From positions 704,001 through 768,000 of the forward strand of contig CBDBMG010000002.1 in assembly GCA_965207375.1 (NCBI GenBank): a stretch of 64,000 nt of DNA. The letters are read 5' to 3'. The position numbers were made by a program, and so were the translations under genes. Below, one piece after another: positions 1-12,238 of this stretch (position 1 is its first letter; every line of letters starts with the position of its first letter). The notes under the pieces were generated by a model. The model searched no databases and was not told the DNA's origin. It saw nothing but the letters and a program-made list of their open reading frames with translations. The stretch is from Nitrosopumilaceae archaeon (lineage in GTDB: Archaea; Thermoproteota; Nitrososphaeria; Nitrososphaerales; Nitrosopumilaceae).

Positions 1-330
1 GCATATTTACAATGATTTCCGGCCATTTACTCACAGTGACAGGAAAAAACAGCCACTCATAACGCACGGGCCCAAGTAAGGAAGCAAAATGTCACTGATT
101 CAGCCACTGCAAACAAATCCGGTGACAGAAAAAGAAACATGCTATTAGTATTGAAACTGTAGAGAAGTGCATTTGCAAAATGAGAAGACACTACAAATGA
201 CCTTGTGGCTTAAGTATGATAAGGGAATATGGTGCGCCATTTGTTTCAGAATTATTACGTAAGCTAATGGATCCAAAAAACAAAAATCGACTCGATTTAT
301 ATCTCTTATACAAAAATTGACTCGATTTTT

Positions 331-444
331 TTATGTTGTGGCACAAAAATCGACACGAATTTTACTGCACAAACTACTGTGCTTTATTTATGTTGTGGCA
401 CAAAAATCGACACGAATTTTACTGCACAAACTACTGTGCTTTAA
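331..444. repeat. 57-bp tandem duplication in a probable transposon subterminal region
   Basis: TTATGTTGTGGCACAAAAATCGACACG...GTGCTTTA occurs twice head-to-tail (331-387, 388-444); related AAAAATCGACTCG motifs lie just upstream. Confidence 0.9.
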
Positions 445-562
445 TTGATAAGTAGATTCCTTGCTTCCAAATAATACTCACCATTGAATGCGCCGTTTCT
501 AAATACAGCGCACTTCAAACGGTGTGGTCACAAGTGTGGTCACCAAAGATTGCGTATTGAAC

Positions 563-3214
563 ATGGCCAGCGACAATTGTAATGACATTAATGCTAGTGA
601 TGATGAGGTTAGTTTATACTGTTAACTAACTACACTTGTGCATGGTGGTAAATCTCAAGGTGTAAAGTTCAGAATAAAATTATAAACGTTTTTAGCCAAA
701 CATTTCAATGCTCCCCACATGGTTGCTATTGTGTTAATAATAAAATCCTACTGGTGTTGTGATGATATATCTATATTTTTACCTGCCTGTATTTTTACAT
801 GGCTGATGTATTAAGAGATATGCCAGATGATGTTGCAGACAAGAGAAGGCATGGTGTATTAAACCAGACACAGACATGTGTCCATGGCCATCATTATCGC
901 CAATGTAAAATCAATGTCTACATTATTTGACAGATTTACGTCTCCACTATCCCTCTACTGAGTAATAAAGAACTAGAAGAGCTTGGAGTTAAAACTATAG
1001 GAGATAGAGCAGTGTTGAGAAAGAGATGTCGTAAAGCTGACCGAGGTATGTTCTTGCAGTATTATTCCAGCATCAACTGTGTTTTTTATGTATAGGTAAT
1101 AAAATTGCTGAGAAAGTGAGAAGAATAATAGGGCCAAGACCTGCTGCTAATACATTTCCTCATCACATATTACTGAAATTCCAAGAAATCCTAAAGGAAA
1201 AGGTGAATACCAGTTAGCTGTTGAAAAGTATGGCAGTAACAAGAAGAAAACCCTTCCTCTGTTGCCACATTTCAAAAAAAATTGTATATGTTCAAATATA
1301 TGGAATCAAAAGCACCAAATAGTTTCACACGGTCGGACAAAGACATAATCACAAGGGGATTGTTACCTCAGATATCTGTATCTGCTACAGAGGATGGAGT
1401 GCAAAATGAGATCTGTCAAGTGGTGTGTAGCTGTACGATCCCCATTTTGAGTGAGATAGGACCCAAATATTTTTGTTTTATTAACCTGGATTTTAATGAA
1501 ACAGGAGAGCTGTCAAGGAGCTGGCAGGGTCAGGTGCTGTTTATATCCGATTGACCTCCATGCACATCAAGTGAGGGTAGCAGTAGTGATGATGAACTTG
1601 TTCCATACCTAGAATAGACAGCCACTCTCATCCCTCCTGCAAGTGTGTCCACAACCACTTCTGCTGTATCTTTCAGAGCTCTGGTTACATCAGATCCCGT
1701 CACTCCCAGGGCACCAGTTACACCAGCTTCTTCATCTTTATTTGTAGGCAGTACTGTTGCTCCAGATAATGATGCAAGCATATAATATTGATGATGATCT
1801 TTCAGTTGATGCTACTTATCCAACTAAAGGAGACTCAGTTACTATAATGATGGGTGATGATATGGAGGTTGTTGGTAAATCAGATGTAACCAGATTAGCA
1901 GAAATGTTTCCTCACATGACAAGCCAACAGCTGACATACATTTACAATCTTTCTGGTTCTTCACCATCAAGAGTTCTCGAGTGTATGCTTGAAGGGCCAT
2001 CCTTTGAATCGGTTCTTGGTGTAGCTGCTTCACAACGATCAACAGATAACGGTGCACATATAAGGCTACAGAGAAGCGATGGTGCAGAAGAATGGGCTGA
2101 AGCTGCACTAACTATTTATAAACAAGGAAGGTTTGACAAAGTAGCAGGGATGCGTGTCTGCATACGTGGTCAACCAGCAATTGATGCTGGTGGAGTTTGA
2201 AGGCAGTTTTTGCTGCTGTGTTTGCTGAGTTGACTCGAACGGAATCAGACTGTAGTGTGTTTGAGGGACCTCCTGTTAAGCTGCAACCTGTTTTTAAGGC
2301 CTCAATCTTGTCCTCAGGAGTGCTGAGCACCATGATTGCTCATAGCCTGCTTCTAGATGGTCAGGGGTTTCCTTACCTGTCGGAGTATTGCTATTATTAC
2401 ATTGCTGGCTACTATGATCAGGCAGTTACTTGTGTAACTGTTGACGATGTTGGAGTGAATATAAAATCCCTTATTGAAATAAGATTAAACTAGGACTACT
2501 AAGATTATCTTACCACAGCTTCAAGATGTTACCACCAATGAGATGTTGGCTTCATTCAAGAACAGGAATATGTTGATGGAAATGATGGAAAGGAGTGGCT
2601 GCGATTTCACTATGGAGGTATTTTAATTAAGGTTTATGATATGTGCTTTAGTGTATTACTATCAGGTATCAAAAATACCGGCTATTGTAGAAACCATTGT
2701 TCTGCACGAGGCAGTACATAAGTGGAAGCCATTCCTTGACTCATTTAGTGATGGTTTGGAGGTTCTTGGAATAAAGGATATGATCTACCACTTTCCAGAA
2801 GTGTTTAAACCAGCATTTGTTTTTTTCTGGTGAACTAACACCATTAGACGTGCTTAGAGTACTCCATCCTAGACCGAGCAAGAATGAAATGAATGAAAGC
2901 ACAAAACATGTTTGAAAGTATTACCAACTTTCATTGAAGCTGCAGATAGTGATGGTAATATAGAGCTGGTATATAAAATATTATTCAGTGTATATTTTCA
3001 TACAGAGTTAAAGGCCTTTCTCTAGTTTGTTACTGGAGCACCTGCACCGAACGGGAGGATTTGTGTAAAATTTGATGAAAATGAGGGGGTTAATGTGATA
3101 TCAGCTAACACGTGTGGCAGACAACTTATTTTATCCACTGCTATCAGTGATCAAGATGTCTTTATGGTTGCTATGAAAGCTATAATCACAGATGATAGAT
3201 TTATATTACCATGA
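563..3214 (+). pseudogene. Multi-exon SAM + HECT-type E3 ligase (G2E3-like) gene, disrupted
   Basis: ATG at 563. SAM-like exon ~934-1045 (PLLSNKELEELGVKTIGDRAVLRKRC). HECT motifs GQPAIDAGGV, MIAHSLLLDGQGFPYL, LDSFSDGLEVLGI, FVTGAP and ISANTCGRQL (catalytic Cys). Short GT-AG introns. Stops and frameshifts at ~1615, ~2198, ~2830 and ~3022. Confidence 0.75.
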
Positions 3215-3370
3215 GCCAACAGATAATAGCAGTTGGGACACTCACTAGTTAACTTATTTAATCCATGGACATATGTACCTACGTATGTAATTTTAAAGCA
3301 ACCCGCATGTGTCACTTGTAATCATAGCAGCATGCAGTTTCTCCTTTATTAACAGTCCAGATTTATAATC

Positions 3371-3604
3371 TTACATGTTTAAAATACGTTGTTTACAATC
3401 CATATAATGTTGAACACCTAAATCATCAAATGGCATGTCTGTATCAACTGTGCTTAAGAAATCCTGTAAATCATCCTCAGATAAAGGGGAGAGGGTTTCT
3501 AGAATTACGACTGTACTAGCATCTTGTTCAGCAATGGGTCCCTCTGGATCTATCCCATAATCATCAGAACACACAGTATCTAAAATATCTTCTTCCTGAA
3601 TCAT
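3371..3604 (-). pseudogene. C-terminal remnant of an integrase-core (IS3EU/IS481EU-like) transposase
   Basis: DYGIDPEGP...V.....SPL...L...D......G..Y pattern resembles the tail of animal integrase-core-domain transposases. Converges on the HECT gene; truncated at ~3605. Confidence 0.55.
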
Positions 3605-4119
3605 GAGAGAGAAAGAGTGAGAAAAAAAGAAAGAAATTAAAGAGAAAGAAGAATTAACAAAGAAAATCAGTTTTGTAGGACTTGAGGTATTGGCTGGCTT
3701 GGATAAAATAGTATGTAAGAAGGCAAAAAAGATACCTTAAAATTACAGATAAGTTTCCGTAAGAAGGTATTAGGTCAAACATCAGATGACCAGACACTCT
3801 TTCAGTTTTCACACAATCGCAAAGTATATTTACAGACTCCCAACTACTGCAAAATCTTTTTAAGTTGTTATCATTGAACTTTGATCACCAGGCTTCAACC
3901 ATTACAGATGTACAGAGAGACCCAGACTTGCTCATTTATCATCGAATAGAACATCAATTTAATTGTGATGGAGAACTTGTGTGGTACAAGGCAACTGTCT
4001 TAAGCTTTGATAAAGAAACAAAGGAATTTAGAGTACTTTACGATAATGAAGAAGTCGAAGAATATTCATTCCCTTTGTTGGAAGATCTTGAGAAAGGGGA
4101 AGTTAAGATACTCATGTAG
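3605..4119 (+). pseudogene. C-terminal fragment of a Tudor/Spindlin-tailed transposase (paralog of 44994-46769)
   Basis: LQISFRKKVLGQ at ~3743-3778 matches LRTQINIRKKVLGQ. DPDLLIYHRIEHQF..WYKATVL..VLYD..LLEDLEKGEVKIL aligns with the C-terminus of ORF 44994-46769. Confidence 0.75.
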
Positions 4120-4223
4120 ACTGATGTAGTCACAGTTAGGCATTTATGTATATGTAAACCTTAGTTTCAGAAATTTAGTGATGTTTTAGTCTGACATGAT
4201 AAGCTATATATAATCATTATAAT

Positions 4224-7205
4224 CATAGGCGTATCTAGGAGGAAGTGTTTGGAGGGGCAAAGGGGGGGCAAGCCACTACTGAATAAATACAGTGTGCAAA
4301 GGGCATGTACATCCCCCTGGACAACTATAGCAACAATTTACATAACTATAGCTATATGATTATTCATTGCAAATACTGCTAGCTATATGCAACTACGTAT
4401 AAGACTATAGCTAAGAGTAACAAAGCTGTAATTTACGAGGTGCCTGTTCAGCAAATACATCAATAATTTTCTCTATGTCTGGCATGATGTCTCTCTCAAT
4501 ATTAAGAAGAGCTAAAGCAGTGAGCCTTTCTTGACCCATTGTGCTACGCAAGTAGCTTTTAAGGCGTCTTAAGCAGGAAAATGACCGCTCAGCTGAGCAT
4601 GATGTAATTGGTATTGTCCAAAAAATTTTCATCAGTTTGCATAACTCTGGAAGCACACTCTGCACTCCTCTGTCTTCTGCCATAAGTTTTCTTCGTTTGC
4701 ATAGTATTTTGTATCCTTTGTCATCTTCTCCTTGGACTGTGACACCACTTTGTTCTTTTTCCTTTTGTTTCATTAAATTAGTGTAAACTCTCAGTTCTGC
4801 TTTAAGATTGTCTTTATCTAAGTCATAAAACTCTGAAACTTGTTCAAGGGCTGTTTGTGATACACTAGAAATATTGTCAGCTAACAGCACTGTTTCAATA
4901 TTCTGAACAATCATCATATCATTTTCACTAAATCGTTCTTTAAGTTGACTTATTATTACATCTAAAAGTGGGTAAAAACTTGCCACTTGATAGTAATGCT
5001 CAACATTTCTGTATACTGGCTGTATCTCACCTCCTCCTAATCTTGAAGGTACTCTTCTCTGCCTTGGCAAGTGCGGAGGTTCTAATTCTAACTTCCTTGA
5101 AATTTCTATAGCTTCTTTCCAGTACTTCTGGAATTCTGTGTCTGATCTCATTTCTGTTAAACTTTCTTGCACTGCACTAATTTTGCTGCGTGCTGCACAT
5201 ATAGACAAATCAATATATTGCAAGTATTTAGAAAGTATCTTTGTAGTGTTGAAAACCTCATCCAGTATTACAAGGTTGAAGACAAAATCAAATGTGCAGA
5301 TGGAATTCAATAAAGACTGTGCTTGAGCTCCAGATGATGGATCTTCATCAGTTATCTTTTGCAAAGATGTTATTACATCCTCAAGTCTTTTCTTTATTAC
5401 TTTCAATGCCTCTGCTCGGCATGCCCAACGTGTATCCGAGAGACTCTTCAGAGTGAGTGATTTACATCCTGATTGCTTCTGTATCTCTTGAAACACAGCA
5501 TGTCTTTTTGCTGATGCCTCCATAAAATTGTGCAATTCAGATATGGTACCAAAGGTATTTCTAGCTGCTATAACTGCTTTAGCAGCATCTACCAGCACTA
5601 AATTAAGGATATGACCATTGCAATGTACATAAATTGCCCTTGGATTATCTCTCTTAATCCTTGCAGCCACCCCTTTGTACATGCCTCTCATATTAGCAGC
5701 TCCATCATAGCATTGAGCAACAATGTCATCAATATTAAGATCAAGTGTCATTAAAACTGTCTGTACAAGGTGATATAGTGATTCACCATCTGTTTGAGTG
5801 GCACGAAAAAAGCCAATAAACCTCTCATTCACAACAAATTGAGGATTCATATATCGTAAAACTACTGCAGCCTGCTCATGTCTAGAAATATCTAAGGATT
5901 CATCCAAAATCAAGGCAAACATTCTGGCATCCTTAATTTGATTGATTGTACTGTCCCTGATGTTCTCTCCTATGACATTCAGCAAGTCATTTTGAATACC
6001 AGGACTGGTATATGTTACATTTTTTTCTTTGTTAGCAAAAAAACGGCTTATTAAAGGGTTATTTTTAGCTTGAAACATTAAAAGTTCCAAAAAATTTCCT
6101 TTGTTTAGTGATTCTTCATTCTCACGGTGACCCCTTAATGAAATACCTTGTCTACCAATGAAAACAAGTGTTTCGACGATGTTCTTAAGATATTGTCTGT
6201 TTTCATCAACCACTTTTTTTTGTTGCTGGTTTATTAGACTCACCACATTCCTTTCAGGGTTGTGTTGTATTTGCTTACCAACTTCCCAGGCAAGAATTGC
6301 ACTTTTGTGTGCAACAGAACACTGATGTGCACGGAACTTCTCCAAGGCACTTTTCCAGTTTTGAAAACCATTAGATACAAAGGCTTCCTGATGATGACCT
6401 TTTGTGCCAAACACACGGCAAGGGAAGCAAAATGCTTTATTAATACTTGGGCTGTATTCCAACCATTTGAACTGAGTATACCACTGAGCACAAAAATGAC
6501 GACTATGACAATCAACAGGATACTGACACCTTGGTTGAAATGGACCGTGTCCTTCATGAAATATAGTAGCTGCAGCATCAACACCATTTGCAGGATCTCG
6601 TGAAGTAATTAACTGGTTGTTGCTGGAAGCAGTACTAGTGGTCTACATTACACGTGTTTAAATTTTAGATATTAATTGTAGCTAGCTATAGCTTACTCTG
6701 TCATTGGTGGCAAGCTCACTACCCAGCTCTTAAGGTTGGTCTTCAATAGCGATATCGCTATCACTATCGCTAATTTCAAGATCAAAACTTGAGCTTGCCT
6801 CATCAGTTGCTAATTCATTGCTGCTAGTAGAATTTTCTGTTGAGTCAGCGTTGCTTCCTTCCCTGTCTTCAACTAATTTTCGTTTCGCTACAAAATACTT
6901 ATCTAAGCCACTTGAATGCTTTGACATAGCATGTGCATTATTTGGAATTAGCATTATAATCGATTGTGGTTTTCACTTTTAGTGCTTGTTGTCTACTATC
7001 TAAAAAGGTGAATATTATATATAATTATTGTATGAGGTATATACAATAATATTTGTATTGTGTGTATGAACAGTGTGGTGAGTCTCTGCTTCTACTAGCT
7101 AGCTACCTGTTTTCTTGTGGCTGGATCATTAAAAATTTTAGGAGGGGCAAGAAAAGACTTAGGAGGGGCTTTGCTCCTCTTTGCCCCCCCTCAAATACGC
7201 CTATG
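4224..7205 (-). mobile_element. hAT transposon (ZMYM1/Tip100-type), full length
   Basis: TIR CATAGGCGTAT (4224) / ATACGCCTATG (7205); perfect 8-bp TSD ATTATAAT (4216-4223, 7206-7213); GGAGGGGC subterminal repeats at both ends. Confidence 0.95.
4411..6927 (-). CDS. hAT transposase (TTF zinc finger, DUF4371, DDE, hAT dimerisation domain); 2 exons, in-frame TAA in exon 1
   Basis: Exon 1 6927-6697, 54-bp GT-AG intron 6696-6643, exon 2 open 6642-4411. Motifs WLEYS..FCFPC, LILDES, QCYDGA, HCNGH, SDTRW, SAERSFS. TAA at 6730-6732. Confidence 0.85.
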
Positions 7206-7667
7206 ATTATAATGGGGCGCTAGCTGGCTTCTGCCTAGGAATTTCTGTAGGGCTATTTATGCATGCATCAATAATAATTATGAAAGAATTGTACTGGTCA
7301 GTTTTAAGAGGTACTGGTCGGTTTTTAAGAGGTGCTGGTCACCTTGAACTACTGCCGACCAATGTGGGCAGAAACTACAGTGTGGTGGAAAATGCATATA
7401 TTTCACAATTATATGATTTGCAGCAATGTATACATAATTTGTGCCATTATTTGTTTTCTAATTATGTGAACAAATGAGAAATTTTTACTTTTTTTCATAA
7501 ATATGATCGTCCATATCTCCGTGAATTCTTAACAGATTCTCAAAACTAACTATTCTGGGGTTGTGAAAGCATTCTACAAATATATTTATTAATAAAAGTT
7601 TATGCGGAATACATATAAATTTTGCCCGAAGTCGCTATTTATGTATGAATATAGATTTTATTTTTCA

Positions 7668-7814
7668 AGGCGTTACATGATACAGTGCAACAATTGTACA
7701 GGATGGTGTCATCCACGCTGTGTGGGCCTTACCAGGGTACAATTCAAGAGACTGAAAAATGCTGAAAAGATAGATGCCATATTATTGTCCCAATTGTGCA
7801 GGTTAGAAACTTAA
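7668..7814 (+). pseudogene. PHD-finger remnant
   Basis: MIQCNNCTGWCHPRCVGL followed by a frameshifted YYCPNC. Confidence 0.55.
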
Positions 7815-9039
7815 ACTGATATACGTATATTACTGTCTTCTATGTATTACTAGCACAACAAGGGAGATCTGCTGTTTTGTCCATCTTAATTAAGTAAGCT
7901 GTGTCATTAAGTATGGCAGTATTTAATAGTAGGGATCTCTATGAAAATATATAGCTAGTTTCCATAAATGTGCCTTTAAAAAGCCTTCAAAAATCACAAG
8001 AAAAACTAACTATAACTCTATTGGTACAACACTAACAATGCTATAACTGTTGCCAAAGGGTGTTGACTTCATCCGCTTGCAAATTTTAAAAAATTTAAAA
8101 ATAGTATATTTTTGTCTCACAGCCTGCCAGCCTGCCTGACCACAGGGGTCGACCTAGCACCTAAGCCATTGGGTTTATAGCCTTCAATCTCCCTGAAAGT
8201 AAAGGTTATTTCTGTCGGCATGAACCTTTACTATGCATTCCAATCGCCAGGATCGGTTCACACCATAGCCCGTCCTTCATTCTGTCATCTTCATCAATTA
8301 ATGTTCTAGTTATATGGTAGATGGTACAATAATTTATATTTGTAGCTAACAGCTTAAATTTTGGAAAATCACTCTCAGATTGGATCTCAGAGCATGAAAA
8401 TATAAAACTTTTCCTGGAAGGCACGCCCCCAGACCCCCTAGCAAGGTTGTGCCTATGTAGCTACATACTAGCTTCCAGTTCTGCTGATTTGCCTGACCAA
8501 TGTAAAACTGCTTCCTCCATCACTATCATGAGCAAAAAATCAGGCAGCAACTGAGCATCGAGCCAGGATTACATCAATGAAAATAGTTATACATGAAAAA
8601 TTAAATATACTGCAGCTCCTATGCTTTGAACCAGCTGCAGGTTTTTGAACGTGAATGATCCACCATGGGTACAGAAACAGACACATACGTACTTTCAGTA
8701 GGGCTTGCTCAGGCTTATCACCATTACATACTGCATGTGAAACAACCTAGCCTACCACTATGCTATACTTTCATTATACTGGAGCTGGAGCTTCTGATTT
8801 ATCTCTGCTGCTGTTTTTCACTCAGAGCACTTATTAAGCAGGTGATGGTTTACTTGGTGCCCTTTATACACACAGCCACTTTTGATCCTACAACTGATGT
8901 ACAGAGCAAAAATAGTCTGAAACACTTGATGACACGCCTTATTGGTCACTGGTCTATTTCCATAACTTCAAATTGGAAACACCACTACTTGACTTGTATA
9001 CCTTTGTTATACAACCACTGATACTGCATCTGAGATTTG

Positions 9040-9160
9040 CTACTCTCCCCAAAGATGCAGGTGGATTCAGGTGGACCAAACCTCACTCTTGAAAAAACCA
9101 AACAATTAGCTGTCAGCAAGATGCAGTGCATGGACAACAAGCAATCTCCCTGTACAAGCT
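9040..9160 (+). pseudogene. Short Ty3/Gypsy gag remnant
   Basis: LTLEKTKQ followed by frameshifted QQDAVHGQQAI resembles LTLEKAKRAIIQKEAVHEQQ of the adjacent minus-strand gag. Confidence 0.45.
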
Positions 9161-9259
9161 TTCAGTTCAAGCAAACCACAAAGCGACCCGGAAATGACAG
9201 AAGCCAGCAACCAATCTACTGCCCAGTGACCTCAACCAATTAACTGGAGTCAGAAATGC

Positions 9260-9883
9260 TCATATATTTTTTTGTGGCGGTGTTGGAGGCTTTTTGTGTG
9301 TTTTCATAACTGCATCAAGTGTTATTGGATCGGTTTTACTGTCCCCTTTAAGAAAGTCTTGTTGTTCGTGTACTGCCTCTTTCTGTATGATGGCCCTTTT
9401 CGCCTTTTCCAGGGTAAGGTTGGCATCGAGTTTAAGGTTTTCTGAGAGCGTGCTGTTCCGTATGCCAACTACCAGTCGGTCTCTAATCATCTCGGCCTTT
9501 AACTCGCCATACTCGCAATTTTCTGCAATATTGTGCAGGACTGCGATATATTGCTTCTAATTGCTTGTGGCGATTGAAGCGTGCCCTCTCAAATATCACA
9601 TTTTTTGCACTTGAATAAAGCGTCAAATTTTGCACTTACTTCCTTATACTTTTCCGGTCTTATTCCAAAATGTTTGTAGATCTTAGTACATCCTCTGCTT
9701 CGTTACTGAGGCAGTATAGTAGGGTACACACTTGGCAATTGTCATCTTCGGAATTTAGACCAGATGCCACTAAATCTCTTGCTCCACCTTGGTCACTCGT
9801 CCGGTTTCTTAAAATCAAACGGCTCTGGGGTTGCAGTCGTAAGCTTGCCATCATTCATTGATGAACACACACTTCTGACACCA
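9260..9883 (-). mobile_element. Ty3/Gypsy 5' remnant (PBS plus degenerate gag)
   Basis: PBS TGGTGTCAGAAGTG (9883-9870, complementary to a tRNA-Leu-type 3' end) directly after an LTR-end CA. gag motifs TLLYCL..EAEDVL, IFERARFN, IRDRLVVGIR. Confidence 0.8.
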
Positions 9884-9939
9884 TGCGGTATATGGGTGTT
9901 AATCAGAATAATCACAATCTATAAGCATGCGCAATAATC

Positions 9940-10106
<167 letters not shown>

Positions 10107-10173
10107 AGTGGCTCTCTTTAATAACTAGTTCCGTACAGCTATTACATTGGCAACGAGGATAAACTGTTCAAGT

Positions 10174-11293
10174 ATGGCTACTCATGGAACTGTAGGAGAA
10201 TTCATTCCAGGACGAGAAGACTGGGTGTCCTACACAGAACGTCTGGAGCAGTATTTCACTGTCAATGCCATCAAGTAAGAGGAAGGAGACAGACGGCGTG
10301 CCATCCTTCTGAGCTGTTGTGGAGCTGCTACTTATCAATTGATAAGAAATTTGGTTTCTCCTGGGAAACCCACAGAAAAGAGTTTTGAGGAGTTAGTGAA
10401 GCTAGTTAAGGATCACCACCCTCTGAAATTGTACAGTGCTTCAATTTTCACACACACAATCGCAAGCAGGGTGAGTCTATTGGAGAATTTGTAGCTCAAC
10501 TGAGGAAACTCTCAGAGTATTGCCGCTTTGGAGATTCTCTGGACAGTATGTTGCGAGACAGGCTTGTTTGTGACTGTAATGACCATCGCTTGCAATGTAA
10601 GCTGCTGGCTGAGGATAATCTAACATTTGATACAGCACTAAAAATTGCAAAGGCCATTGAAACTGCAGAATGAGACTCCCGAGGAATGCAGGATTCTTCT
10701 CCTAAATCTGCACACATGGTGCATAATGTTGGCAAAAGATTCAACTTATCGAAGAAGTTTTCGTCACAGATGGACCCATGTTGTCGTTGTGGAGGAAAAC
10801 ATAGCTCAATGGTTTGCAAATTTAAAGACAGTGAGTGTCATTTTTGTGGAAAAAAGGGGCACTTAGCCAAGGTCTGCAGAACCAAAGCTCACTCTCAGAA
10901 GCCAACACAAAAAGCATTAAAGAAGACACATCAACTAACTGGTGAACCATAGGAACAAGGAGGAAGCAGTGAGTACTCAATGTATCATTCCACTAGTGTA
11001 GACACAAAGCCCTACATGGTCACTGTGAAGGTCAATGGAGCTGATCTTAAAATGGAGGTAGATACAGGGGCAGCTCTATCTGTGATCAGTGAAAAAACTT
11101 ACAACATCCTATGGCCTCATCACTCCACTCCACTCCATCATTACAACCATGCTCTTCCATTTTGAAAACCTACACTGGAGAGACCATCAAAGTGAATGGA
11201 AAGATATCTGTCACTGTTTCGTATCAAAAGCAAACAGCACAGGTAACCTTGATTGTAACTACTGGAGATGGCCCAAGCCTACTGGGTCGTGAC
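10174..11293 (+). pseudogene. Gypsy gag and protease, disrupted
   Basis: MATHGTVGEF..EDW..YTERLEQYF, LRDRLVC, two CCHC-type knuckles (CCRCGGKH, CHFCGKKGHLAKVC), protease MEVDTGA and LLGRD; several stops and frameshifts. Confidence 0.9.
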
Positions 11294-12238
11294 TAGGGTT
11301 GGGCGATATTTCAATAATACCGTAGTACCGCGGTACTAGAGTATTGCGATACTGCAAACCTTTACACTAGAACAGCTAACGATATTATCGTTTATGCGAT
11401 TTTATGGAAGTATCGCCGCATGCATGCCAAGTTATACAAAATAATGTTTATATTTTTAAATGTCGCCATCGAGCTATGAATAACTGTTCATGTAAATGAA
11501 GCTATAATAACCGGTTAAACAAGTTCTGCTTCTTTTCAGTTTCTTTATACGATGCTTGTCATCGATACTGTTGGTGGGCGTGGCATTTAGTAACAAACGC
11601 GCGTCGTGAGTTACTGCTAAGGAACAGCAAGGTAATGCTGTATCACCCATTTATTTCACAGTAAGAGGCGTTTTACTAGCTGTACATTACTAACAAGACG
11701 GAGCGCTTCAGTTATAAAAGTGGGCGTGTCGTGCGGGTATAGCGAAGTTTTTAAAAGAAAACTGGCCTATAGTTTTACAGTAAGAATTTCAGCTTAAAAC
11801 AACTTTTACAAAGTTTTATCACTTAAGTACTGGAGTATAAAGCGGATTTAAACTGAAGAATTAATTTTGTATGCGTTGCTATGTGTTCCTTAGTGATGAG
11901 TGCTTGCTCATGTGACTTACCTGTGACATCATTAAATACAATAACAATAAATTAAATTAACAGTACTAATTTATTTACTGGTTTCTAAGATGGTAAAACA
12001 TGAACTTGCTACATATTGATGTAATACATGACAGTACTGCAATATTTGCAATTATCGCATAGTCATCTTCTTGCAATGGCACGTATTCATTTATATAAAA
12101 CGCATAATTAGAAATTACAGTACGGAGGACATGGGCGTTAAATCGCGTAATAAATGAGACGTGTTAACTTGTAGCTTTTGTTGTTAAGTTGTAGTTTCAC
12201 TTGTTAAGTTGTAGTTTCACTTGTTTGGCTGTGCTAAT

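Noticed and set aside
4411-6462. Host ZMYM1/THAP12-like gene
   Set aside because: It is bounded by TIRs and a perfect 8-bp TSD, so it is a transposon copy.
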